From: a virus
Taxonomy: Duplodnaviria > Caudoviricetes
Length of the DNA: 29,356 nucleotides
Reading direction: 5' to 3' (one strand)
Virus record (IMG/VR): IMGVR_UViG_3300016265_000464
Span: 1 to 29,356 of that record
The notes under the pieces were generated by a model that searched no databases, was not told where the DNA came from, and was given only the letters and a program-made list of their open reading frames with translations. Positions 1-8,586 of this stretch are shown here, piece after piece. A program made the translations under genes and the position numbers. Each line of letters starts with the position of its first letter. The stretch's first letter is position 1.

Positions 1-4
1 ATCC

Positions 5-265
5 TCATAACTTAGATTTATATACGTAACACAATTTTCCGTTTATCAATTCGATTCTGTAATCCAGCTCTCCGTAAGTCTCTATTTCAAACTCTATTAA
101 AATATCGTTTAACCCATAACGCTGGTGTGCATCACCGCACGAATGTAACCGGAACATGATCGAGGATAAGGCTTTTTTTAGCTCCATTGTTGTCATCGCA
201 TCTATCATTATCGTCATTCGTTTTCTTGGGTGGTGCTGTGTAGCTGTTTTCGCTGTGTGTTTCAT
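5..265 (-). CDS. hypothetical protein (start uncertain)
   Basis: ORF co-oriented with the early operon; several alternative Met starts. Confidence 0.5.
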   Translation of the reverse strand: MKHTAKTATQHHPRKRMTIMIDAMTTMELKKALSSIMFRLHSCGDAHQRYGLNDILIEFEIETYGELDYRIELINGKLCYVYKSKL

Positions 266-307
266 GTATGTTCTTATTAAGAAATCTCTGTATTAATTCG
301 TTCGTGT

Positions 308-667
308 TCATAGTTCGGTAATTTTTGTGCTTAAATTAAAAATGTTATGTGGCTCTAATTGCTCCATATGTGACATATACTGCATTATTAATGATTCAGA
401 AATAGATTCCTTTACAACTTCACCTTTAATGTCATTAGAACCTTTAAAACGAGTTAATACAAATCTGCGTTCTGCTAAGTACAATTCATGTGCTACTCCT
501 ACCGGATCTTTTACTATTAAAATATCTAACATAGCTTCTATCATTCCAAGCCTTATAGCTTGTTTTACGTTAAACTCTTCTGCGTTACGATCCGTGATTG
601 CTTTTTGGATTCGTTTTTCTATCATTGCCATAACCTGATCATAGGTTAATTTCTCTTTTGCTTTCAT
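308..667 (-). CDS. hypothetical early protein
   Basis: 119 aa ORF with an ATGA overlap to the upstream gene. Confidence 0.7.
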   Translation of the reverse strand: MKAKEKLTYDQVMAMIEKRIQKAITDRNAEEFNVKQAIRLGMIEAMLDILIVKDPVGVAHELYLAERRFVLTRFKGSNDIKGEVVKESISESLIMQYMSHMEQLEPHNIFNLSTKITEL

Positions 668-915
668 CTGTTTACGATTTGATTAAATTTATACTCTTCT
701 TCTAACTTCTCCTGAATAGCATCTTGGATAGCTACCACCGCTTTTATGGTCATGTCAGGCTCTATACTTAGAATAGTTGCCTTGTCAACCAAAAAACCTT
801 TAGTGTAAGTGATCTCTGCTTTGACATCTACCTTGAAAGAATCGTCAAACCATACGCTGAACTCCGGTTCTCCCTTCATGAAGTTCTGCAATTCTACTGT
901 TTCAAATGTTTTCAT
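664..915 (-). CDS. hypothetical early protein
   Basis: 83 aa ORF directly downstream of a TATATTTG promoter. Confidence 0.7.
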   Translation of the reverse strand: MKTFETVELQNFMKGEPEFSVWFDDSFKVDVKAEITYTKGFLVDKATILSIEPDMTIKAVVAIQDAIQEKLEEEYKFNQIVNR

Positions 916-931
916 ACGCTAATTATTTCTA

Positions 932-961
932 CAAATATATAAACCTTTTGGTAAATAACAA
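932..961 (-). promoter_or_regulatory. Bacteroidota sigma70-type early promoter (-7 TATATTTG, TTG 19 nt upstream)
   Basis: Matches the TAnnTTTG consensus; shares TATTTCTACAAATATATAAA with the promoter at ~25700. Confidence 0.75.
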
Positions 962-1056
962 CACAAATAATAAAAAAAAGTTTGTTTAAAAGACAAAAGC
1001 CCCATAAAAACGGAGCCTTTGACCAAATAACCTAACGTATGAATGAAACAAATGTA

Positions 1057-1668
1057 TTAAAATTCGTTCAATAAAACATAAGTAACGTGTGTTTGTGTTC
1101 CGTTCTTAGAAGCTAAAGAATACCATTCCATCATTTCGGCATACTTCTCACGATCATTTATAACCTGACACCCGGCAGACCAAGCACCTATATCTTCAGC
1201 TTTTACTTTAAGGTTCTTTTTAGAAAAATCATAAGTATTAGTATGGAAGTTAATTCCAAACCACCCTGAAGATTCCCTACCTAGTTGCTCCGATTTTCCA
1301 TCTCTGTCACCATCTCTAAACACAGTCATTTGCGCTCCTAGTTGTACTAAAGCTGGCATCTTTCCGTTGTGTAGTCCGTATTTCCACACTCCGTAATACC
1401 ATTGATCAGCTTTTAATACAGCTGCACCTTGACTATTGTACTTGGCAAAGCCACCACGTAAGATTGTAGAACCGGGATTGGTAGTACCGGACAAAACACG
1501 AATGAATATTTCACCTTCGAACTCATAGAATTTATCATCGAACTTGTTTTCTGCATCTTCATCTGAACGTACTCCAATAATCCAACGACCTACCGGAATA
1601 CTTTTAAAAGACGGAATAGCTTTTACCCTAGATAGTAACTGATCGTCTGAATATGATTTAACGCTCAT
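1057..1668 (-). CDS. putative endolysin, L,D-transpeptidase (YkuD)-like catalytic motif
   Basis: Directly after the holin; GINFH...WSAGCQV resembles the YkuD H-x(n)-S-x-G-C catalytic signature. Confidence 0.6.
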   Translation of the reverse strand: MSVKSYSDDQLLSRVKAIPSFKSIPVGRWIIGVRSDEDAENKFDDKFYEFEGEIFIRVLSGTTNPGSTILRGGFAKYNSQGAAVLKADQWYYGVWKYGLHNGKMPALVQLGAQMTVFRDGDRDGKSEQLGRESSGWFGINFHTNTYDFSKKNLKVKAEDIGAWSAGCQVINDREKYAEMMEWYSLASKNGTQTHVTYVLLNEF

Positions 1669-1744
1669 AGCTTCGATTTAAGAGACTTTAATACTTAATT
1701 GAATAGATTGTACCACTAAAGTAAATAAAAACGCTTAAAACGTC

Positions 1745-1951
1745 TTATTTATCTTCTTTTGTTAGTTGTGCGAGTGCTGCTGTTACTCCCCCAGCGGTCA
1801 CTAAGTACCCGCCTAATGTGATTAGAGTAGCTGGCAAGGCGATAGGAGCAGCTATAAGAACACCGCCTACTGCGGTTGCTACCAAACCCAACTTCTGAAC
1901 TTTCTTCCAAAACTTAGGAGTCTTAGACTGCCATCTTTCTTTTAATTCCAT
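1745..1951 (-). CDS. putative holin (2 TM segments); likely start at MELKERW
   Basis: Basic N-terminus (KTPKFWKK), two hydrophobic stretches, charged C-terminus, adjacent to the lysin. Confidence 0.7.
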   Translation of the reverse strand: MELKERWQSKTPKFWKKVQKLGLVATAVGGVLIAAPIALPATLITLGGYLVTAGGVTAALAQLTKEDK

Positions 1952-2162
1952 AACGTTCTTGTTTAGGTAATATAGCAAATGTCTGTTCGTGTTTTATTAG
2001 TCTATTGCTTTGTTCTCTACGCATCTCTACTTTGTCTTCTAAACAGTCGTAAAGTTTAGACTCAACTGCTGTAAGGCGGTTATTCATCCAAAACAAAGCG
2101 CAGAATAAAAGAAAGGAAACTCCATGCTTTTTTGTCTGCTCTGCTAATATCTGTGGTGTCAT
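1923..2162 (-). CDS. single-TM membrane protein of the lysis cassette
   Basis: Hydrophobic segment GVSFLLFCALFWM followed by a coiled coil; first gene after a late promoter motif. Confidence 0.6.
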   Translation of the reverse strand: MTPQILAEQTKKHGVSFLLFCALFWMNNRLTAVESKLYDCLEDKVEMRREQSNRLIKHEQTFAILPKQERYGIKRKMAV

Positions 2163-2169
2163 ATAAGTA

Positions 2170-2193
2170 TAACTACGTAGATATATTTTTGTT
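2170..2193 (-). promoter_or_regulatory. putative late promoter AAC-N16-AGTTA (lysis cassette)
   Basis: One of six copies with identical spacing; 7 nt before the ATG at 2162. Confidence 0.7.
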
Positions 2194-2200
2194 TTAAAAT

Positions 2201-2227
2201 AAAAAAGGCAGTGTTTAAACCGCCCTT
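2201..2227 (-). terminator. intrinsic terminator after the receptor-binding module
   Basis: Minus strand AAGGGCGGTTTAAACACTGCCTTTTTT: GC stem plus U tract. Confidence 0.7.
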
Positions 2228-2239
2228 ATATTAAGTTAA

Positions 2240-2482
2240 TTAATTCGTTGGAAATGGTGGTGTCTCAACATCAAAGTCAATAGGTGCGCCTAATACCACA
2301 TCTAAAGTATCATCATATTTGATATACCAAAAGGTAGGAATATTTAAATTAGCCTCTTGATAATCCACCCAGTTCTGAGTGACGTCATTAGGCGAAACAG
2401 GAATACCATAATAAGTATCACAAGCCTCTCTCGCATTAATAGCATCCTGTTCGTTCGTGTATTTGTAGCCTGTTACTTTCAT
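2240..2482 (-). CDS. hypothetical protein, tail fibre-associated
   Basis: 80 aa, TAATG-coupled to the upstream fibre gene. Confidence 0.65.
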   Translation of the reverse strand: MKVTGYKYTNEQDAINAREACDTYYGIPVSPNDVTQNWVDYQEANLNIPTFWYIKYDDTLDVVLGAPIDFDVETPPFPTN

Positions 2483-3300
2483 TAGTATATTGAATAGAAT
2501 GTATTAATGTTTGTGTTTATGCCTGAACGATTAGCAGATTGGTCTGAATTATAAATTATGATCTCTTGAAATGAACCGCCAAATTCAAAACCACTGTATT
2601 TTCCAATGTTAAACGCGTTCCATTGACCAGTCAAATTTGTTCTGAAGTTTTCGTGTCCGACTAATTTATAACCATTTAAGGCGCTGTATACTTGTGTTCT
2701 TGTTGTTACTGATTGTAAAGCATTGTTCACATAAAGCGATGGCGTGGTATCAGGATTATAGTATAAATTTGTTGATCCATCTCCACTTGAAGCTACATAT
2801 CCATAAGAATAATTCCCACCGAAATCATCAGGATATAGCCAAGCAGTATCTGAGTCATTATTTGTAATAAAATAAATATCCCTTCTTGTTGCTGTAGGTA
2901 TAGCGGCAGTCATCCATTTACTACTCGCCCAAGATATTTTAGGTTTAGATGACTGTGTTAATATAGTCCCGCTTGATACAATTTGAGGCTGTAAATTTGC
3001 TGTTGATTGCGTCATATTTTTAGCGTTCCCACTCTGATCATACCACGTAGTTACAAAGCCATTATTTGCACCTACAAAAGAAGTAAGTGCAGCCTCATCT
3101 AATAAATTCCCTGTTGTATATCCTATGTCTTGCTCTGTGTTATCTGAGCTACGTCTAACACGAATAAGACTGCCTGTATATGTAGAACTTAGTCTACGTG
3201 CAGCGGAATAAGCAGCAGCAGCACCTGAATAGGTATCAAGCAAGAATGAAAATGCTGGAATTGCTGGCTGCACTAAATATGGATTGATAATCATTCCCAT
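2482..3300 (-). CDS. putative receptor-binding protein with arabinofuranosidase-B/ConA-lectin-like domain
   Basis: Motifs AAYSAARRL..YTG.LIRVRRSSDN.EQDIG, FVTTWYDQSGN and QEIIIY, typical of lectin-fold phage fibre domains. Confidence 0.65.
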   Translation of the reverse strand: MGMIINPYLVQPAIPAFSFLLDTYSGAAAAYSAARRLSSTYTGSLIRVRRSSDNTEQDIGYTTGNLLDEAALTSFVGANNGFVTTWYDQSGNAKNMTQSTANLQPQIVSSGTILTQSSKPKISWASSKWMTAAIPTATRRDIYFITNNDSDTAWLYPDDFGGNYSYGYVASSGDGSTNLYYNPDTTPSLYVNNALQSVTTRTQVYSALNGYKLVGHENFRTNLTGQWNAFNIGKYSGFEFGGSFQEIIIYNSDQSANRSGINTNINTFYSIY

Positions 3301-3303
3301 GAC

Positions 3304-3810
3304 TTACGCTCTGTATCCTATCAATGTTACTTTCAAACCTTTGGCTGTTCCGTTACCGATCTGATCAATGTCGATAGTAATCTCGCTATCATCACTGAGT
3401 GCAGAGTCAGATATTACAGCAGCAGTTGCAGCTGTTGTGCTTGTCTTTTCTGTGTTATCAATAGTTAGCTTTGTAGACAGAACGGATGTGCCACCTTCAT
3501 TGATGTCAACAGTAAAGATACTACCTGAAGCCTGAGCAGTTGACAATGATGCACGTACTGATGTCAAAGTCATTGCGTAAGGCATTCTAAATGTAACCTT
3601 TGCAGTTCCAGTAGTGAGTGCTGTTGTTTCATCTGATGCAGCTACTTGTATCTCTGTAGGTAAACCCGTTTGTGCAAGTGTTTTAATGTTTGCCCCAGTA
3701 ACACTTTTTGTTACATAGGAAGCACCCGATACTTCAGAAACTACAAGTAAATCCGTAGTTGCTAATGCTGCACCTTTCGCTGTTAACTGACTAATTTTTT
3801 TCTCTGCCAT
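3304..3810 (-). CDS. putative virion fibre/decoration protein
   Basis: N-terminal KKISQL motif, Thr/Ala/Ser-rich beta-type sequence, located in the structural module. Confidence 0.55.
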   Translation of the reverse strand: MAEKKISQLTAKGAALATTDLLVVSEVSGASYVTKSVTGANIKTLAQTGLPTEIQVAASDETTALTTGTAKVTFRMPYAMTLTSVRASLSTAQASGSIFTVDINEGGTSVLSTKLTIDNTEKTSTTAATAAVISDSALSDDSEITIDIDQIGNGTAKGLKVTLIGYRA

Positions 3811-3820
3811 TTTATTTTAT

Positions 3821-4039
3821 TTATCTTTCCGGAACTGTATCGCCCCACCATGAATAATCATAACTTTCGCCCCAACCTTGAACATCTACACTTGCGCCTT
3901 CTGTTAACAGAAAGTCGTCTACTTCAGTTTCCAATAGATCAGTAGCATTTTCATTAATAAAGTTGTCCCCATCTTCAGATGCTTTACCCCATCCAATTAA
4001 ATTACTTACTGCTGTTCCCCAGCCTATCTCGTTCGGCAT
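3821..4039 (-). CDS. small acidic structural protein with GWG repeats
   Basis: 72 aa; three GWG motifs and an LLETE..LLTE segment. Confidence 0.6.
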   Translation of the reverse strand: MPNEIGWGTAVSNLIGWGKASEDGDNFINENATDLLETEVDDFLLTEGASVDVQGWGESYDYSWWGDTVPER

Positions 4040-4109
4040 CTTGTTGTTGCTTTTGTAAGTATAACTTTAACTTCTTTATATTGTTTTCTTTCGGTTTGTA
4101 CTTTTTCAT
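4002..4109 (-). CDS. small basic hypothetical protein (35 aa, MKKYKPKENNIKKLKLYLQK...), not in the ORF track
   Basis: ATGA overlap with the HNH stop codon; fills the gap between genes. Confidence 0.55.
   Translation of the reverse strand: MKKYKPKENNIKKLKLYLQKQQQDAERDRLGNSSK
4062..4085 (-). promoter_or_regulatory. putative late promoter AAC-N16-AGTTA (fibre module)
   Basis: Exact motif and spacing; 22 nt upstream of the ATG at 4039. Confidence 0.55.
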
Positions 4110-4519
4110 AGATACTTACTATAATTTTTATTTTTAGGTTGTAAATCATTTAAAACAGAATGAGAATAATTTTCATAATTTGTGACCCATTCTAAATTTT
4201 CAACTCTATTGTCACATTTTATTCCGTTTTTATGGTTTACTTGTTCTTTGTTATTAGGATTTTCTATAAATGCATATGCCACTAATCTATGTACCAAATG
4301 ATTTGATTTTTTACCATCTATATTTAAAGTCAATCTTAAATAACCTTTTTTAGCAATCCAAAATGGAATTAATTTTCCGTGATAAGTAAATAATCTTTTC
4401 TGATTATTTTTTTTAGGATCAGTTCTTTCTATTTTTCTTGTTATACTTCTAACTCTTCCTAAATTGCTTACTTCATAATGACCTTCGTACGATTTAATTG
4501 GTCTCCATTCTTCTTGCAT
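4106..4519 (-). CDS. NUMOD4-HNH homing endonuclease
   Basis: EEWRPI..YEGHYEVSNLGRVRS (NUMOD4); VHRLVA...VNHKNG.K.DNRVENLEW (HNH). Confidence 0.92.
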   Translation of the reverse strand: MQEEWRPIKSYEGHYEVSNLGRVRSITRKIERTDPKKNNQKRLFTYHGKLIPFWIAKKGYLRLTLNIDGKKSNHLVHRLVAYAFIENPNNKEQVNHKNGIKCDNRVENLEWVTNYENYSHSVLNDLQPKNKNYSKYL

Positions 4520-4537
4520 ACGCTTAAATTTAAATTA

Positions 4538-5068
4538 TTAAATATTAAAAATTATTAATGGTAATATAGTCAAAACCCACCCTATAAAATTATTGTCCGT
4601 TCTTGGGTACATATCCCCATTTGAATTAGAATTATACTCAGGAAAAGATGACTGATTAAATGCCATGTAATCTACAAACCTCTGTGTGTAGTGTTGTGCT
4701 ATCTGTCTTTGCTTTTCTACCAAGAAATCTACTTCGTTTTTTTCTACAGTTGTAGCATTTTCGGATTCGTGTTTATATACACCCTTATTTGCGATTGTAT
4801 AAGCTGCAAAAGGTAAATATTCAACCATAGCCCAGTGTACGAGCATAGGTTTTATATAAGTCGTTAAAAGTGCTAAATACGGATTCGCCAAAGTAGATGC
4901 TACTATGTCAGCTTTAATCTTATTTAATAGGTCAGTTCCTAAGATAGATTGAATATGTACATCCTGAGCAATCTTTACGAACTGGATGAATTTATCCGTA
5001 TCTACGTTTCCGTTAGTAGCTGTGAACTTAACTATGTCTGTTCGTGTTATAAGTAACGCTTCTGCCAT
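4538..5068 (-). CDS. putative head-tail adaptor/connector protein
   Basis: Alpha-helical 176 aa protein immediately after the portal; function inferred from synteny. Confidence 0.55.
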   Translation of the reverse strand: MAEALLITRTDIVKFTATNGNVDTDKFIQFVKIAQDVHIQSILGTDLLNKIKADIVASTLANPYLALLTTYIKPMLVHWAMVEYLPFAAYTIANKGVYKHESENATTVEKNEVDFLVEKQRQIAQHYTQRFVDYMAFNQSSFPEYNSNSNGDMYPRTDNNFIGWVLTILPLIIFNI

Positions 5069-5069
5069 T

Positions 5070-6851
5070 TTATTTTACGTCTGAAGGTAAATTTTTATTC
5101 TTAGGGCTAAATCCTTTTAACGGAAGGTTATTAGGATAAATACTAACCTCGTATGGGTTCGTTATTTTGTAGCCTTTAATCTCTGCTGCACGTGTTCCGA
5201 TCTCTTTATAGCCTTCTTCGATCTTATTTAGGTCGAGCATATACGTTACCCTAGACCATTTATGGTGACATCTAGCACCACCTTTAAATCTAAAAATGTC
5301 GTATGTATTTGCGCCACCTTCACCGAAGCCCGGATTAACTGCTCTGCGGCTCATCTCGTCAATATCTTCTTTTCTAAATAAACGATCTTCTTTAGACATC
5401 ATAGCTTTACAAAAATCTCTGTCAGGTACTTTATTGCCCGTATACTTATATCGCACTTTAAAGTATTTTAAATCACCTACTTTTTTGTCTTGTCCGCTCT
5501 TTAATTTTGGTTTTGGGCTTCCAGTCTGTACAAGGTTAATTAAACGGCTTAGAAACGTTGTTTTAGGCTCTAAATCTAATTCTGCGCTTATCAATGCTGC
5601 ATCTAACTCGCCATCTTCATCGCTTGCTTCTCTTTCGTCTACTACTACCCATTCATTGCTTAGTTGGTTTTCGTCTACTCGCGCAAATATGTCTTCTAAT
5701 TCCGTATTTACCTTGCTTAACTCTACGCCAGTTTCTTCTACTACTTGCTCCTGAGTCATTGCGTTTTCAAGATCAGTAAATTCAAGCGGTTTAAGAGTTC
5801 TAAAGAATAGATTAAGGCTAACTCCGTTAAATGCTAATACCTTATCAATAGCGTTTAAAATCACTTCTTGTTTAGGTCTAATAACTAGATTGTCAAATAG
5901 GATAAAGCTATTCTGTAACTCGTCAGCATTAGAACTAAAACCATTTGTTGAGGCAATACCAAAAAGCAAAGGAGACGTAACGTTGTGCGACAGCATGATC
6001 TTACGCATACACTCTTCGCTCAAAGTATTGTAAAGGTCAGGCGCATCATTAACGGGCATCGCATCTACTGTAGTTTTAGATTCTGCGTTGTTATTAAATG
6101 CTACAATTACTTTATGTCCATCTGTTCCTGAAAGTTGGCTAAGAACTTTAGATTTAATGATGTCTTGTTCTTCAGGTGTTGGCACGCCATTATTAAAGTT
6201 GCAAACTATACGACCCGAAAATCCTCTCTGAACCTCATTGATCAAATAGTTCGAAATCTCTTCTTCTAAGACTGCGTAAGGTATACCGCCTTGATAGTCT
6301 ACGTAAGAAAAATACTTCATCCCTACTGAATAAGGCTGAACAATTAAGATTTCTACTTGATCCTTACCAAATCCAAAAGCTGGTATTCTTTCCGGTGCAT
6401 ACTTCTTAATGTCTTCCCAGTTATTAGAATAATAGTACGCTTCTATTTCTCCATCTTTATTACACTTCTCAGGAGCTAACAAATGAACCGGAATGTGATA
6501 AAGTTTTTGTACTTTCTTTCTATCCTTCGTATAGTGAACTTGAAACGCTGCTTGACCTAACATCTCAAAGTCTAAAACCACCTTTCTCAAGTCATCAGCG
6601 GAAAGCATAGCCATAACCTGAGCGTAGTCGTTAGGCTTCTTATTGGCATCCGTAGCACTCAATCCTTTTCCGTAGATTAGGCGAGAGATATTATTGATAA
6701 TAGCGTTATTGGTTGTCGAGTTCTTGTAACGATCCATTAAAAAGGTATAATATGAATTATTATCTCCATATGTAACCCATTCGTTACGTTTAGATTCTTC
6801 GATTACTGGCGGTTCGTATTGCGCCAATTTTAACACGTGAATATTACTCAT
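5070..6851 (-). CDS. portal protein with C-terminal MuF/minor-head-like extension
   Basis: Portal-like ~370 aa N-part (STTNNAII..IYGKGL; IMLSHNVTSPLLFGI); acidic linker; C-domain with FC..M and GGARCHHKW. Confidence 0.8.
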   Translation of the reverse strand: MSNIHVLKLAQYEPPVIEESKRNEWVTYGDNNSYYTFLMDRYKNSTTNNAIINNISRLIYGKGLSATDANKKPNDYAQVMAMLSADDLRKVVLDFEMLGQAAFQVHYTKDRKKVQKLYHIPVHLLAPEKCNKDGEIEAYYYSNNWEDIKKYAPERIPAFGFGKDQVEILIVQPYSVGMKYFSYVDYQGGIPYAVLEEEISNYLINEVQRGFSGRIVCNFNNGVPTPEEQDIIKSKVLSQLSGTDGHKVIVAFNNNAESKTTVDAMPVNDAPDLYNTLSEECMRKIMLSHNVTSPLLFGIASTNGFSSNADELQNSFILFDNLVIRPKQEVILNAIDKVLAFNGVSLNLFFRTLKPLEFTDLENAMTQEQVVEETGVELSKVNTELEDIFARVDENQLSNEWVVVDEREASDEDGELDAALISAELDLEPKTTFLSRLINLVQTGSPKPKLKSGQDKKVGDLKYFKVRYKYTGNKVPDRDFCKAMMSKEDRLFRKEDIDEMSRRAVNPGFGEGGANTYDIFRFKGGARCHHKWSRVTYMLDLNKIEEGYKEIGTRAAEIKGYKITNPYEVSIYPNNLPLKGFSPKNKNLPSDVK

Positions 6852-7176
6852 AAAGTATAAAATCGTTATTTGACGTATTTACTACGTACTGACCATTATT
6901 TACGCTAAAGGTAGGTATTGATTGATTAGTACAGAAAACTTTGTCTTTAAAAACTACAGTCGTATTCTGTTTTAACGTCAGAGTGTAAAAGTGATTTTCT
7001 TTTAAAGAAAAGGTAGCTGTGATAGTATTGTAATACTCGCCTATGACATTCGTAGTTATTGTTACACTAGAAGTTACTCCCGTTTGTTCGTCTGTTAACT
7101 GCAAAGTGTTGTATGTATCCTGACGAGGGATAAACGAAAAACTTTGTGCTGTTCCGATTTCTTGTAGGATAATCAT
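6844..7176 (-). CDS. hypothetical structural protein
   Basis: 110 aa beta-rich ORF overlapping the portal start; preceded by a late promoter motif. Confidence 0.65.
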   Translation of the reverse strand: MIILQEIGTAQSFSFIPRQDTYNTLQLTDEQTGVTSSVTITTNVIGEYYNTITATFSLKENHFYTLTLKQNTTVVFKDKVFCTNQSIPTFSVNNGQYVVNTSNNDFILYE

Positions 7177-7183
7177 ATAATAT

Positions 7184-7207
7184 TAACTATATAATTATAT
7201 TTTTGTA
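7184..7207 (-). promoter_or_regulatory. putative late promoter TAC-N16-AGTTA (portal operon)
   Basis: Variant copy, 7 nt before the ATG at 7176. Confidence 0.6.
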
Positions 7208-7248
7208 TTGTAATTAATTTTGTTTTTTTTGTTTTAATACATTAAAAT

Positions 7249-7899
7249 ATGGAAAAAAAATCTTGTTCAAATTGTAAAAAATCTAAACCTATTGAAGAAT
7301 ATCACATTAATAATAGATTAAAAAGTGGCTTACAATCTTCATGTAAAAAGTGTATTTCAGAAAGATATAAAACTGAAAAATATAAAACAAAATGGAAAAT
7401 AAAATACGAAGAGAATAAATCTTTAGGTAAAATAAATAAATGGTCTAATAATAATATAAATAAATATAAATCAGATTATTTAAATGAATTTAATGATAAT
7501 AAACAAAAGTTATTAGATTCTGGTTTTATTGAAATATTATTTAACAATCGATTTTATATAAACCCAAATGGTGATATATACAAATTATGTTCTCTAAGGA
7601 ATTACGTACAAAATAAAAGTTTTTCCGTAATTAAAATAAAGCAAAGAATAAATTTTTATGGATATAAAATAATATGTATAAAAAAAGAATATAGGGTTCA
7701 TCAACTAGTAGCGATGCACTTTTTAAACCACATTCCTAATAAACATACTTTTGTAATAGATCATATTGATGGCAATAAATTAAATAATAATGTAAATAAC
7801 CTACAAATTATTACTAACCATCAAAATTTAACAAAAGGAAGATATGCTAAAAATAAAAATGAAAAATTGTTGCAATATTTAGAAAACATAGTTATTTAA
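7249..7899 (+). CDS. HNH homing endonuclease with N-terminal CxxC...CxxC zinc finger
   Basis: CSNC...CKKC; VHQLVA...IDHIDGNKLNNNVNNLQ; very AT-rich; the only convincing plus-strand gene. Confidence 0.9.
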   Translation: MEKKSCSNCKKSKPIEEYHINNRLKSGLQSSCKKCISERYKTEKYKTKWKIKYEENKSLGKINKWSNNNINKYKSDYLNEFNDNKQKLLDSGFIEILFNNRFYINPNGDIYKLCSLRNYVQNKSFSVIKIKQRINFYGYKIICIKKEYRVHQLVAMHFLNHIPNKHTFVIDHIDGNKLNNNVNNLQIITNHQNLTKGRYAKNKNEKLLQYLENIVI

Positions 7900-7910
7900 A
7901 TTGTTTTTAA

Positions 7911-7938
7911 AAAAGAAAAGGGAAGCCTAAGCCTCCCT
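7911..7938 (-). terminator. intrinsic terminator after the tail tube gene
   Basis: Minus strand AGGGAGGC-TTAG-GCTTCCCT followed by TTTCTTTT. Confidence 0.75.
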
Positions 7939-7962
7939 CATCTTTAACATATTGAATTGAAT

Positions 7963-8511
7963 CTATGAAGTAACGATAGTAGCTGAAGAAAGAACTGTTA
8001 CAAGTCCAGCTTCAGTAGAACAATTCAAGAAGTTAGCTGGGATATTCTCCTGACCTACAAAAGTCAAAGTATATCCGTTCATATCTCCCATTGCCGTACC
8101 ATTTGAAATAACACCTGTAGTCAAATCCATACCTCTTTCCAATCCAGCAAGGAAGTATTGGTTTGCACGTGTTCTAACAATGATATGAGGTCTACCATAA
8201 GAAAGCAACTTAACCAATTTAGTTTTAGCAGCTGACTGCTGTTTTAGGTTAACTGTTAAGGTTTGCTCTACGAATGTAGTTCCGTTATCACGGCTTGAAG
8301 TTACAGTTTGCTCGAAAGAGTTAGCACCTTTCAAGTCGAACTTATACACGTTAGAAACACCATTGATATCGTTAATCATATCCGTATTCGTTCCGTCATA
8401 AGTAAGATCCGTAGCTGCGTAATCTCCGTAGTTAATAATGTAGATGGCATCTAACCCACCTACCGCTGTTTTACATGGCTCTGCTACGCCATTTCCAATA
8501 TCACAAGACAT
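7963..8511 (-). CDS. putative major tail (tube) protein
   Basis: 182 aa directly after the capsid gene with its own terminator; beta-rich, GG and NGYTLTF motifs. Confidence 0.6.
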   Translation of the reverse strand: MSCDIGNGVAEPCKTAVGGLDAIYIINYGDYAATDLTYDGTNTDMINDINGVSNVYKFDLKGANSFEQTVTSSRDNGTTFVEQTLTVNLKQQSAAKTKLVKLLSYGRPHIIVRTRANQYFLAGLERGMDLTTGVISNGTAMGDMNGYTLTFVGQENIPANFLNCSTEAGLVTVLSSATIVTS

Positions 8512-8533
8512 CTTTTTAAGTTTTAAATGTTAT

Positions 8534-8566
8534 AAAAAAAGGGAGGGAAGTTGAACCGCCCTCCCC
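8534..8566 (-). terminator. intrinsic terminator after the major capsid gene
   Basis: Minus strand GGGAGGG...CCCTCCC followed by T7. Confidence 0.85.
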
Positions 8567-8586
8567 TAGTTTTAAGTTAGTTTAGA

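Noticed and set aside
132-311. 59-aa minus-strand ORF MNTNELIQRF... coupled by ATGA to the upstream gene
   Set aside because: It overlaps the 5-265 ORF by more than 130 nt, and I cannot decide from sequence alone which frame is real.
2482-3300. Diversity-generating retroelement targeting the fibre gene
   Set aside because: No reverse transcriptase and no template/variable repeat pair were seen.
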